Positions 38,978 through 48,425 of a DNA stretch of 64,000 bases are shown here, piece after piece (positions within the stretch are counted from its first letter, which is position 1; the number at the start of each line of letters is the position of its first letter). A program made the translations under genes and the position numbers. Location of the stretch: the IMG/VR virus record IMGVR_UViG_3300035698_003705, positions 1,366 to 65,365 of that record. One strand, written 5' to 3'. The DNA comes from a virus. Lineage: Duplodnaviria > Caudoviricetes. The notes under the pieces are model-generated. The model saw only the letters and a program-made list of their open reading frames with translations, was not told the DNA's origin and ran no database searches.

Positions 38978-40339
38978 ATGAGAGATCGTTTGACACGGCA
39001 GACCCGTGAGGCAGCTGCCCCCCCCGCAATTCCTGGTTACGGAAAAGAAGATCAGGATCACCCAGCCCACCAGGCCGACCCGGACATGCACAAGTATGAA
39101 AACGGCGATCCTAATAGTTGGGCAGAAACACCTAACCCTCCTCCGTATCCCCAGGGAAACCCTCCGGCACTTCCTGGATACGATTCGGAAGACATGGATC
39201 ATCCCGCACACGAAAACCCCCCCAGGTCCCCGAAAGAGGCCCGTGGGCTGCGTGCAACGCTGGAAGCTATTACTGAAGCCCGTGCAAGTAAATGCCTTAA
39301 GTTGGCAAATGCTATGCTCTCAGGCCGTAATGTATCCGCTTCTGTAGTTGAAGATCAGGCATTTGATATGATGGACTGGTCTGAAAGCAAACTGGCTTCT
39401 ACTGCTAAGCGTTTCGGTTGCCTGGAAGATGACCTTGATATGGATGACGGTATGCCCCCAGCAGACGAGACCGTATATGTAGAGGATAACGACTTGGATA
39501 CTATCCTTGACGCTCCTTCTTATGGTACTGATCCCATGTCTGTGTTTGCATCTGAACTGAAGGCTATCCATGAGGAACTTCGTTCTTTGAAGGCTGATCA
39601 GAATGACCCCAAAGGCCCTGACGCTGAATCAGAAGAAACTATCAAAGACGAAGCAGAAGAAACTACTGAATCAGAAGGCAAGCAGGCAGCACGTCTGTTT
39701 GTAGCTTCCCTTGCTGCAAATCACGATGGTTTTATTACTGCTGCTGATTGGCCCCTTGCTCAGTCTATCTTTGCCGCTGCTGACGAAGATAAAGATGGTA
39801 TCATAACGGAAGATGAAGCCGTTGATGCTATTGCTCCTGAAAAGGAAGAAGTTGTAGAGGAAGAAAAAGAAGCTTCTACTCTAACAGCTGAAGAATCAGT
39901 ACATCTTGCTGAAATGGAAACACAGGCTGCAGGTTGTGAATTGGCGGAAGAAGAAATTCTAACACCGGAACAGGACGAAGCTGGAATGTTTGCAGCAGAT
40001 GAAGACGCTATGGGTAATCCCATTCCCATGACAGATGACGATGCAATTCTTGCTCAGATTTTTGGCAAGGCTGCTGGTGACGAAGAAGAAGTTGTAGAGG
40101 AAGAAGAAGCCAAAACAGCACGTAAAGCAGAAGACGAAGAAGAAGTTGAGTTTGAAGGGGACAAGGAAGAAGCTAAAACTGCTGCTCAGAGACCCCAGCC
40201 CCAGAAGCCCCTCAATGGTGCTCGCACTGTTGGTCAGGTAACTAGGACAGCTTCAGCTTCCGCTGTGAAGGAACAGAACGAACTGTCAAAGCTTTGGACA
40301 TCAGCTCCTGACGTTAGAAGCGCATTTGGCATCGACTAA
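38978..40339 (+). CDS. Acidic scaffold-like head protein
   Basis: Very acidic, Pro-rich repeats, an EF-hand-like DEDKDGIITEDE, and position between protease and capsid. Confidence 0.65.
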   Translation: MRDRLTRQTREAAAPPAIPGYGKEDQDHPAHQADPDMHKYENGDPNSWAETPNPPPYPQGNPPALPGYDSEDMDHPAHENPPRSPKEARGLRATLEAITEARASKCLKLANAMLSGRNVSASVVEDQAFDMMDWSESKLASTAKRFGCLEDDLDMDDGMPPADETVYVEDNDLDTILDAPSYGTDPMSVFASELKAIHEELRSLKADQNDPKGPDAESEETIKDEAEETTESEGKQAARLFVASLAANHDGFITAADWPLAQSIFAAADEDKDGIITEDEAVDAIAPEKEEVVEEEKEASTLTAEESVHLAEMETQAAGCELAEEEILTPEQDEAGMFAADEDAMGNPIPMTDDDAILAQIFGKAAGDEEEVVEEEEAKTARKAEDEEEVEFEGDKEEAKTAAQRPQPQKPLNGARTVGQVTRTASASAVKEQNELSKLWTSAPDVRSAFGID

Positions 40340-40375
40340 TCACACAACCCCTATCTAAAAGATAGGACACTTTAA

Positions 40376-40405
40376 GAAAACAGCCTCCTTTTGGGGGCTG
40401 TTTTC
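40376..40405 (+). terminator. Rho-independent terminator
   Basis: GAAAACAGCCTCC-TTTT-GGGGGCTGTTTTC hairpin followed by T-rich sequence. Confidence 0.75.
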
Positions 40406-40513
40406 GTTTATATCCTTATATAAACTACATATCTATAGAAAGGGGTCTCAAGCCCCACTGTTGCTAACTAGGTTGTTAGTGACGGAGAACAGTTTTTTAT
40501 TGAGGAGGTTATC

Positions 40514-41212
40514 ATGCCACTACCCGGACAGGCCAGTGGTGGTTGGACCGAGTCAAGCAGCGCTCTCAGGATTTTGAATGTAGGTATTCGAAACTCCCTG
40601 GCTCCGTTGACTGACGATGCGTTCACCCAGGCAAACCCCGTAGCAGTTGCTACAGGAGTTTCTTCTCGCTTGGACATCACCTTAAACGGTGTGCTAAGCG
40701 GCTCTGTGTGCTTTACTAGACCCCTAGACGGCAATCAGTTTGTTGGCGGTCCCGGTACCGATGACATTCAGACTCTTTATCGGGCAAACACAATTCAGCA
40801 GTGCTATCGGCCTCTGGGTTTGTTCATCAACACTGCAACCGGCAACCCTTACGAGAATCTACCTGGTGTAGCTTCTGGTGTAGGTCCCTATGTCTCTGGC
40901 ATGGGAACCTATGGTAGTAGCCTCTATGAGACTGCCCTGATTGCAGGCGGTGGTGATCCTCTTATTGATACAGGCGATTCAATTCTTACTAGTTATATTA
41001 CTGGTAATGAACTGATTGCCTCAAGAAACGGCTTTCTGATGCCTAAGTGGATTCTGAATGCAGCTGGCACTGATTTGGTTACTCATGACCTTCAGGCCGT
41101 TACAGCACAGTCCTTTGTGATGTCTGCTGATAGCAGCTCTACAACCATCGGCATCATCAAGATGGCCCCAGACACTGTCCAGACCGAAGTGGTCTGGGAT
41201 CAGCGTATATAA
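40514..41212 (+). CDS. Head decoration (cement) protein
   Basis: Immediately upstream of the major capsid gene, strong GAGGAGG RBS, Gly-rich beta composition. Confidence 0.6.
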   Translation: MPLPGQASGGWTESSSALRILNVGIRNSLAPLTDDAFTQANPVAVATGVSSRLDITLNGVLSGSVCFTRPLDGNQFVGGPGTDDIQTLYRANTIQQCYRPLGLFINTATGNPYENLPGVASGVGPYVSGMGTYGSSLYETALIAGGGDPLIDTGDSILTSYITGNELIASRNGFLMPKWILNAAGTDLVTHDLQAVTAQSFVMSADSSSTTIGIIKMAPDTVQTEVVWDQRI

Positions 41213-41227
41213 GGGAGGGCAAATAAA

Positions 41228-42106
41228 ATGTCTGAAGTAACTAATGTTGCCCGACAGCAAGTAATTGGCGAGTATATCAGGACCCCACAGGGTCGTGCTA
41301 AACTTGCGGCCTCTATGACCCAACCCTTGCGTATGCGCCGTGACTATGCCGCCGTTGGCCGTAAAACCTTCTTGGTTGAACAGCTTCCTGACGGTGCCAC
41401 CCCCGTTTATGACAAAGACCCAGAAATGGTAGCTTATGTTGTAGGCGAGGAAGGCGAAAGCATCACCGCCATTGCCAAGTCACGTAGGGTGATTTTCCCC
41501 CTATTTGAACTTGCTTCCCTGCCTGAGATCCCCCTCAGCCAGATTAAAGAAAGACGTTTTGATCTAATCGAACGTTCACTTGATCTTGCCAAGGCTCAGA
41601 TTCAGGCCGCAGAAGACGAGAGAGTGTTTGCAGTTCTTGACAGCATCGCTGTTGCAGGCTTTGATTCACTTCCTGGTCAGCTTAACCCGGACATCCCGGT
41701 TGTAGCTCCTGTAAGTGCTGCTGTTCTTTCAGATGCCTTTGGGCTGATTGAACGACATGACCTGCGTGTGGCTCGTGTTTACATGAATGCTCGTGACTAT
41801 GCGGATCTCCGTAAGTTTGGGCGTGACGTGCTAGACATTGAGACTCAGGCCTCTTTGCTGAAGACTGGTCTTATGGCTACCCTTTGGGGAGCACAGATCG
41901 TAACATCACGTCTGGTACCCGTGGGAACAATTTATTGTTGCTGCGAACCAGAAATGTTTGGACGAATCCCTGTTAGGACCGAACTTACTGTTTTGTCTGC
42001 TGATGATCCCAAGGCTCGTACCATTGGTTTCTCAGTATTCGAAATGCTGGGTTTGGGCGCATTCAATCCTAGAGGATTGACACGTCTAACCATCACACGT
42101 GGCTAG
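41228..42106 (+). CDS. Major capsid protein (compact HK97 fold)
   Basis: 292 aa. E-loop-like VVGEEGE, backbone helix AKAQIQAAEDERVF, MNARDYADL, LWGAQIVTSRLVP. Followed by a terminator. Confidence 0.85.
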   Translation: MSEVTNVARQQVIGEYIRTPQGRAKLAASMTQPLRMRRDYAAVGRKTFLVEQLPDGATPVYDKDPEMVAYVVGEEGESITAIAKSRRVIFPLFELASLPEIPLSQIKERRFDLIERSLDLAKAQIQAAEDERVFAVLDSIAVAGFDSLPGQLNPDIPVVAPVSAAVLSDAFGLIERHDLRVARVYMNARDYADLRKFGRDVLDIETQASLLKTGLMATLWGAQIVTSRLVPVGTIYCCCEPEMFGRIPVRTELTVLSADDPKARTIGFSVFEMLGLGAFNPRGLTRLTITRG

Positions 42107-42126
42107 TATCCCTAGCTTCTAAGCGG

Positions 42127-42163
42127 AAAAGCCCACTGCTCTGAAAAGACAGTGGGCTTTTTT
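42127..42163 (+). terminator. Rho-independent terminator after the capsid gene
   Basis: AAAAGCCCACTG...CAGTGGGCTTTTTT. Confidence 0.9.
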
Positions 42164-42253
42164 ATATCTAAAAACATCATTTCCCTGCTTTCCTACAACC
42201 CAAGCAAAACATTTCAAATACGATTTTTTCTTTTGGTGTTTGAAAGAATAACC

Positions 42254-42285
42254 TTGACAAGACCTAATTTTTAAGCGATTATAGT
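42254..42285 (+). promoter_or_regulatory. Sigma70-type promoter
   Basis: TTGACA followed 17 nt later by GATTAT, overlapping TATAGT, upstream of 42313. Confidence 0.5.
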
Positions 42286-42312
42286 CTGTGTAAAACTAAT
42301 GAGGGTGAGCAG

Positions 42313-44475
42313 ATGGTCGATCGTTTTCGTACTTGTATCTGTTGTAGACAAGGTTTCTATCTAAAAGAGGATGAAAAAAATAACAACCGTTGTTTGGATT
42401 GTCGTGAGAAGCGGCGTAATAAATTATGTAAACGTTGTGGTGCAGAATACCGGGACAGCTCTGAAAAGAACACAAGAAGGCTTTGTGATGATTGCTTGAA
42501 AGCCTTGGAACCTAAAAGAGCTTCTGTATCCCATAGGTTAGAAGCAAATCGTAGGGCTCAAATACGCAGAGGTGAAGGCCGCTTAGATCAGTTTGAAACT
42601 TTAAAACCTTATACTAAGACTTGGTGGGGAAGGGTTGGTGAGATGCTATTTGCCACACTATATCCTGATGCACATGATGCTGTGACTGAGTTTGGGACAA
42701 GGTGCCCCTATGACTTCCAGCACCAAGTTTTGGGCAGAGTCAATGTAAAAACATCTATAGAAACCATTAGTAAGTTTGGTAAATCCAAATGGTGCTTACG
42801 AGCTAAAGGTTTCCAAATAGAACATTTTTTTATGGTTGGGTTTTCTGCTGATAAAAAGACTGTTCAACAGGCATGGTTGTTTCCAACAACAGAGGGGGTA
42901 AGTCGGGTTCCTAAAGTCCTCAGTCCTAGTAGTAAAGAATATGGATCTTATCAAAAAGAGCATGAAGTTTCTTTGGAAACATTAGCAGTACTTAACTGGA
43001 GGTTTCAGCAGCTATTGAAGACTGCATTGAATCCAAACACAGTCCCACCAGCAGACACCTTTAGAGAACCTCAAAACATTATGTTAGGTAGGATTGGAGA
43101 GTCTATTTATCAGAAGCTTTTTCTAGACTCCAGACACGAAGCAGCAGTACATCCACGTGCACACTATGATTTTCAAGATGTAGATGGAAATAAAGTCAAT
43201 GTTAGGGTACGCCGTCTAAACATCAAAGGTCGTTGGACTTTTTTTCGTAGTCCACATGAAGAGGTAGATCACTATTTTTTCATTGGGATGGATACTGATG
43301 GTTCTGAAGTACAGGCATTCTTCAGGGTTCCTGCGAATGAGATGCCCCCCCAAGGGTTTTCTTATAGACCGGGGGCTGTCTCTAGATGGGACAAGTTCAA
43401 ATTGTCTTATGTGCTACCTGTTCAGGTGTCTAGTTTTATAGATATTACTGAAATAGAAACTTTGCAGCTAGAGGTCACGGGGTTGTCCATAACTTCTTCA
43501 GTTGGAAGATCCCCGGTAGATGAGGATGCTTTGGCTACACGGTGTTTACAGTACCACAGGTTTTTGGGATTCCCTTATGTCAAGGTGCCTCCAGATAGGC
43601 AGGTGCTACAGGACTTGAGAGCGTTACAAAAATATCAGCCAGATGGCATTCGTTGCCCTTCTTGTAAGGCAGGGTTAGAGATATGTTCTGCTTATATGCC
43701 ACACAGGTTCAAGGCTCGTAATTGTAATGCAGACTTTTCTGCTTTGGATGCTTTTTTCAATGACACCCGCTTGCTAAAGGCTGTCAAGATGTGCCTTAAG
43801 AGTTCCAACGGGACTGTAACACAAGCAAACTTGCGGTCTGCTTTATCTGCAATAAACAGAACACCTAGCCAGTTTCGTCCTGCTGTAGCCAAAGGTTTAG
43901 TAGAGGCTTTCTGCACTATAGGCGGGACTGTGTTTGATCCTTGTGCGGGTTGGGGCGGGCGTATGCTGGGCACCCTTGCTGTAGGAAGGAGGTATGTTGG
44001 GATTGACAGGAATCCTGAAACAGCGGTGGCTCTCTCGCATTTAGGGGGGCGGCTCTGTGAGCTTTTTAAGATTGATAGTTCCTATGTGGAGATCCAACAA
44101 AAGTCATTTCAAGATGTTCCTGATGGTGAAGTGCGGGCTGATTTTGCTATGACATCACCTCCATACCTAAACCGTGAAATCTATCCCGGGGATCCTGAAT
44201 TTGATATTACTGTAGATGTTTGGGTTTCAGAGTTTTTACTTCCTATGTTTATGACAGTTGCTTCAATGCTGCTTCCAGGCGGCCACTTTGCTGTAAACAT
44301 AGCTAATTTACAGAACCGTACAGGTGGTATTATCCCCTTAGAGGACATTACTATTAAGGCGGGGCTTGTAACAGGGTTCTCTTTAGCAACTAAATGGCAG
44401 ATGCAGAAAGGTAGTTTTGGCAAGCAGCAGGCCATCCTTTACGAGCCTATTTATATTTTTCGTAAGGAGATATAA
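42313..44475 (+). CDS. Fusion of a Zn ribbon, two PD-(D/E)XK-like domains and an amino-DNA methyltransferase
   Basis: Four CxxC motifs; GRxGE..YDF..VNV[KR] twice; FDPCAGWGGR and TSPPY. Confidence 0.8.
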   Translation: MVDRFRTCICCRQGFYLKEDEKNNNRCLDCREKRRNKLCKRCGAEYRDSSEKNTRRLCDDCLKALEPKRASVSHRLEANRRAQIRRGEGRLDQFETLKPYTKTWWGRVGEMLFATLYPDAHDAVTEFGTRCPYDFQHQVLGRVNVKTSIETISKFGKSKWCLRAKGFQIEHFFMVGFSADKKTVQQAWLFPTTEGVSRVPKVLSPSSKEYGSYQKEHEVSLETLAVLNWRFQQLLKTALNPNTVPPADTFREPQNIMLGRIGESIYQKLFLDSRHEAAVHPRAHYDFQDVDGNKVNVRVRRLNIKGRWTFFRSPHEEVDHYFFIGMDTDGSEVQAFFRVPANEMPPQGFSYRPGAVSRWDKFKLSYVLPVQVSSFIDITEIETLQLEVTGLSITSSVGRSPVDEDALATRCLQYHRFLGFPYVKVPPDRQVLQDLRALQKYQPDGIRCPSCKAGLEICSAYMPHRFKARNCNADFSALDAFFNDTRLLKAVKMCLKSSNGTVTQANLRSALSAINRTPSQFRPAVAKGLVEAFCTIGGTVFDPCAGWGGRMLGTLAVGRRYVGIDRNPETAVALSHLGGRLCELFKIDSSYVEIQQKSFQDVPDGEVRADFAMTSPPYLNREIYPGDPEFDITVDVWVSEFLLPMFMTVASMLLPGGHFAVNIANLQNRTGGIIPLEDITIKAGLVTGFSLATKWQMQKGSFGKQQAILYEPIYIFRKEI

Positions 44476-44662
44476 ATGGAACAGATGTAGATGACACCAC
44501 TGTTTCTGGGAACTTGAAACTGGCAGAAGCTTTGGATATGGTTGATAAGGTGTCAGCCTATCTGATACCCGGCTGAGAAGTTTTAATTGGGAACCTGTGT
44601 TAGTGTTTGAGAAACCATCGGTATAGTGGCGGGGTAGACTACCTTGAAAGGGGCCCCTAATA

Positions 44663-45454
44663 ATGCTGATAGTTGGAAGCTGCATAGAAAAGCTAAAAGA
44701 ACTTGAAGAGAATAGTGTGGATGCACTTATTACAGATCCGCCGTATCTTACAACAAACATTCACTTTGATAAGGCAGGTTTAGCTATGGGGTGGGTGCAG
44801 GAGGCTTTGCGGGTAGTCAAACCCAATGGTTATCTAGCTTGCTTTGCTCCTATCCCTATGTCAGCTGAAATCGGAAAGACCTGGTCTATGCGTTTTTCTG
44901 GTTGTTGGATTAAAGAAAAAGGTGGGATGCGAACACACAATGCAAAGAAGCCTATGCAGCAATCTGAGGTGTATACTGTTTTTGCACACCCGGATCATAA
45001 AATTTGTGATTTAACTTGGAACAAGGTTTTTCGTGAAGGCAACCCTTATGAAAGAGTGCGTAGGAAGACAGGATATAAAAGAGGTGGCACAGATCAGTTA
45101 GATAGGGCCTGTCCTAATGGCTGGACTGAGGAAGGTTTTATCCGTCTAAATACAGGAACAAGGCAGGTTACGGATTGTCTTTATGCAGCCTCAAAAAGCG
45201 CTATGAAAAGAAGTGAGAGGACTTCACACCCTACTCAAAAGCCCCTTGCTATTATGCGGGTTTTAATTGAATGGCTGACTAACCCAGGTGATGTTGTATT
45301 GGATCCTTTTATGGGGTCTGGAACAACAGGCGTAGCTTGTCAGGAATTGAATAGAGAGTTTGTTGGTATAGAGTTAGATCCCGGATACTTTGAGATGGCT
45401 TCAAAAAGACTTGAAGCTACAGAATCAATTTTTAGTTTGCTGCCAGAAAGCTAA
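44663..45454 (+). CDS. Beta-class N6/N4 DNA methyltransferase
   Basis: TDPPY, HPTQKP and DPFMGSGTTG. Confidence 0.93.
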   Translation: MLIVGSCIEKLKELEENSVDALITDPPYLTTNIHFDKAGLAMGWVQEALRVVKPNGYLACFAPIPMSAEIGKTWSMRFSGCWIKEKGGMRTHNAKKPMQQSEVYTVFAHPDHKICDLTWNKVFREGNPYERVRRKTGYKRGGTDQLDRACPNGWTEEGFIRLNTGTRQVTDCLYAASKSAMKRSERTSHPTQKPLAIMRVLIEWLTNPGDVVLDPFMGSGTTGVACQELNREFVGIELDPGYFEMASKRLEATESIFSLLPES

Positions 45455-46001
45455 ACACTTCTCTTGCGGATTCGTCGGGAACGCCACCAGCTTTCAGTGT
45501 GGGTATAGATAGCCTGAGATACTCAGTACAGAACTTTTGATCTTCAGCTGGTACACCATAAGCCTTTAGAATATTAGCATAGCGTTTTGTGTCAGGCTCT
45601 ATTCCGCACAGGTGATATTCCAGAGTCATTGACACTCTATAGGCTTCTGCTTCATAGGCAGCTCTCCAAGCAGTATCAGTCAAGTAGTTTAGGGCGAAGC
45701 TTATCTGCCCACGTTTGCTTTGAATAACATGTTGGTGTTCATGCCCGCAAATTACAATCTGGACCCACAGGGGCCATTTTAGAGTCTCTACACCTACTGT
45801 GAAAGGTAGATAGATTCTAGTGCCCAGTGTAGTACAGAAGCTTTCCATGAACTTTTTGGAGTCTACTATTCCCAGGGCATCTAGAGCCTGTGATACTAGG
45901 GTCATTTCTACGGCATCTGTTTTGGCTATGACTTGTGTGCCGTACTTATGCGACATGTGTTTCCACAGATCTTTTACTTGTTGGGATTCAAAACTTTTCA
46001 T
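45432..46001 (-). CDS. Zincin-like metalloprotease
   Basis: HEHQH with downstream EAEAY. Confidence 0.7.
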   Translation of the reverse strand: MKSFESQQVKDLWKHMSHKYGTQVIAKTDAVEMTLVSQALDALGIVDSKKFMESFCTTLGTRIYLPFTVGVETLKWPLWVQIVICGHEHQHVIQSKRGQISFALNYLTDTAWRAAYEAEAYRVSMTLEYHLCGIEPDTKRYANILKAYGVPAEDQKFCTEYLRLSIPTLKAGGVPDESAREVFSFLAAN

Positions 46002-46255
46002 TCTTCACTTCCGTTTGTATATGTGGTCTTTAAGCAGGCTGGTCCATTTTGAGATTCTTGACAAACCCAGCCTATACCAAGTTTAGGGCAGTCCATTACA
46101 GATCGCCACTGGAGATCGGACCCACAAAGTTCAACACGACCTTGATAGCAACGGCTATCTCTAGGGGCCTGACATTTACATAGGTCATCTGTAATAAGAA
46201 CAGAGGGGCACCCTGTGAAAAAAACTAGAACAAAGAAAAGTAAAAGCACTTTCAT
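45998..46255 (-). CDS. Cys-rich lipoprotein
   Basis: Signal peptide with lipobox FTGC, six further Cys, and a GGAG RBS on the minus strand. Confidence 0.7.
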   Translation of the reverse strand: MKVLLLFFVLVFFTGCPSVLITDDLCKCQAPRDSRCYQGRVELCGSDLQWRSVMDCPKLGIGWVCQESQNGPACLKTTYTNGSEE

Positions 46256-46379
46256 GTAAGGCTCCTGTGAAAAGACATGCCATCTAAGTGGCTTTCATTG
46301 ATAGAATAGTGAACGGAACTCGTTTCTTCCCTGATATTTACTATCCTTTAGAGGACTATTCTAAACAAGAGGATGTTAG

Positions 46380-46790
46380 ATGGATACCCTTGGGCGACAT
46401 GTAATGGTAGAGTTTCGGGGCTGCTCAAAGGAGAAGCTCAAGGATCCTGCTTTAATCAAGCAACTTCTTTTAGATGGTGCTAAGGCCGCAGGGGCTACTG
46501 TTGTGGAAGTGATGGTGTCTGAAAGTGAAACAGGTGTTTCAGGAATAGTAGTGGTAGAGGAATCCCACCTGTCTATACATACAGATTATGAAGCCGGTGG
46601 TGTACTGGCTGATTTCTATACTTGCGGAGAGTGTGTTCCTGAGGCGGCTTGTGATATAATAGCTAAAGGTTTATACGCCCAAGCATTCGCTTCTGTTATT
46701 TGGGAAAGAAGCATTAAAGGGCATCATGTTGCACAGGAGCCTCAAATCACTACACTTCGGGAAGAGGGTTTAGATGTCAGGAGAATATAG
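46380..46790 (+). CDS. speD: S-adenosylmethionine decarboxylase proenzyme (pyruvoyl-dependent)
   Basis: LGRH, GVSG, cleavage site EESHLSIHT and DFYTCG. Confidence 0.88.
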   Translation: MDTLGRHVMVEFRGCSKEKLKDPALIKQLLLDGAKAAGATVVEVMVSESETGVSGIVVVEESHLSIHTDYEAGGVLADFYTCGECVPEAACDIIAKGLYAQAFASVIWERSIKGHHVAQEPQITTLREEGLDVRRI

Positions 46791-47295
46791 AAACAGGGAT
46801 TGCGTAACGATGCACAAGGGGGATACTTTTCCTGTAGAGATCGACGATGCTTTAGCTGCTACTGGCTGGATGGGTGGTCAGGGTGTCAATTGGGCTCCTA
46901 TAGCTGGGGATCGTTTCCTGGTAACTAAGTCAGATGGCGTATGTGTTGGGTTCTTGCTGAAAGGATCTGAGGAGTCTGGGAACGGTTATACAGCTATATC
47001 TGCAAATCAGGTTTTCTATAAGTTTGCAACCTTGTGTGCTGGAGGGTGGCTTATCTGTACAAAAGCTTTTGAGCGATATACTTGGGCTTCTAGAACGGGA
47101 GGCCCGCCTCTTGTTGAAAATACCTATACTGAGAATGATAGTCTGGTGTTTAGTTTGAATGGGTTTTGGACCAATGAAGATGAATGGACTTTAGCGGGGG
47201 ACCCCCGAGCGCCAAACAATTTTTATAGTGGGTTTGTGGTGCAGGTACCAACAGCAGCAAATGATTATTATATTACGATACAGGTTAAACTATGA
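46774..47295 (+). CDS. Structural protein, paralog 1 of triplet A
   Basis: Shares RDC..KG, GWxGGQGV, SDG and ExYTWASR with the next two genes. Confidence 0.8.
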   Translation: MSGEYRNRDCVTMHKGDTFPVEIDDALAATGWMGGQGVNWAPIAGDRFLVTKSDGVCVGFLLKGSEESGNGYTAISANQVFYKFATLCAGGWLICTKAFERYTWASRTGGPPLVENTYTENDSLVFSLNGFWTNEDEWTLAGDPRAPNNFYSGFVVQVPTAANDYYITIQVKL

Positions 47296-47310
47296 TGTTA
47301 GGATTTTACC

Positions 47311-47832
47311 ATGGAACTCTTTAGAACCCGAAACTGCGTTGTACACAGGAAGGGAGAAGCTTATACCGTAGGTGTAGATCAGACCTTGATAAATCAAGGG
47401 TGGCCTGGGTGCCAGGGTGTGATGTGGACAGACAGTACAGAGGATGAATTCATGGTGGCTTTTTCGGATGGCCGCTTTGGTGGGTTTTTATTGTGGGGTT
47501 CAGATGAAGAGGCCGATAGGTTTCTAGGGACTACAAGAAATCAATTAGAGGCTGGCTATGGTGTTTTTTGTACAGGCAACTGGCTCCTCTCTACCAATAT
47601 TTATGAGCAATACACTTGGGCTTCCCGAATAGGTGGTGGTGCTTTGGTAGCTAACACATATGTAGTAGGTGAGCGTCTGTTGTTTAGTCTTAGAGGATGG
47701 CTGACAAGAGAGGACGAATGGACTTTATCTGCGGACCCCAGAGCCCCCAACACTTACTATGTAGCCTCAGTGATACAGACACCCTCTATAGATAACAACT
47801 ATTACTTAATGGTGGAGATGGCACTCGGATGA
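47311..47832 (+). CDS. Structural protein, paralog 2 of triplet A
   Basis: Same motifs as the 46774 gene. Confidence 0.8.
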   Translation: MELFRTRNCVVHRKGEAYTVGVDQTLINQGWPGCQGVMWTDSTEDEFMVAFSDGRFGGFLLWGSDEEADRFLGTTRNQLEAGYGVFCTGNWLLSTNIYEQYTWASRIGGGALVANTYVVGERLLFSLRGWLTREDEWTLSADPRAPNTYYVASVIQTPSIDNNYYLMVEMALG

Positions 47833-48362
47833 CACGTAGAATGATGACAGAAGTGTTTAGGTCCCGAGATTGTGTTATGTTTTTCAAAGGGGATCTTTAT
47901 ACTGTAACTGTGGCTCCTGCTATGTTAGCTCAAGGCTGGCTTGGCGGTCAGGGTGTGATGTGGACTGCGGGAGTTAATGATGAACGCACAGTAACATTCT
48001 CGGATGGCCGTTTTGGTGGGTTTGTGCTTTGGGGTTCTAATGAGGCTGCAGACCAGCATACAGCAATTACAGAAAGCCAAGAAACTTATCGCTTTGCAAC
48101 CTTTTGCACAGGTGGTTGTCTAATCTCTACTAATACTTACGAGCAATACACATGGGCTTCAAGAACGCTAGGGGGTCCACTGGTCCCTATTGTATATCAA
48201 GCAAACGACGATCTTTATTTTTCAGTGCGGGGTTGGTTTACTAATGAAGACGAAGCCACTTTGGCTGCACTTCCGCACGCCCCCGACATACTAGTGGGGT
48301 TTGTTTCTCAAATCCCTAAAGAGAATAATCAATTTTATCTTGGAGTCCAAACAGATATGTAG
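47829..48362 (+). CDS. Structural protein, paralog 3 of triplet A
   Basis: Same motifs as the 46774 gene. Confidence 0.8.
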   Translation: MTRRMMTEVFRSRDCVMFFKGDLYTVTVAPAMLAQGWLGGQGVMWTAGVNDERTVTFSDGRFGGFVLWGSNEAADQHTAITESQETYRFATFCTGGCLISTNTYEQYTWASRTLGGPLVPIVYQANDDLYFSVRGWFTNEDEATLAALPHAPDILVGFVSQIPKENNQFYLGVQTDM

Positions 48363-48425
48363 TGGGTAAAGTGATTACCTAAGTACCCTTCTAGGGTTTG
48401 GTATCACTATGCTAGGAGAACAAAC

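Noticed and set aside
48371-48407. Imperfect inverted repeat upstream of 48426 as a riboswitch or operator
   Set aside because: It is a single, imperfect, short hairpin with no recognisable family features, so no function can be assigned.
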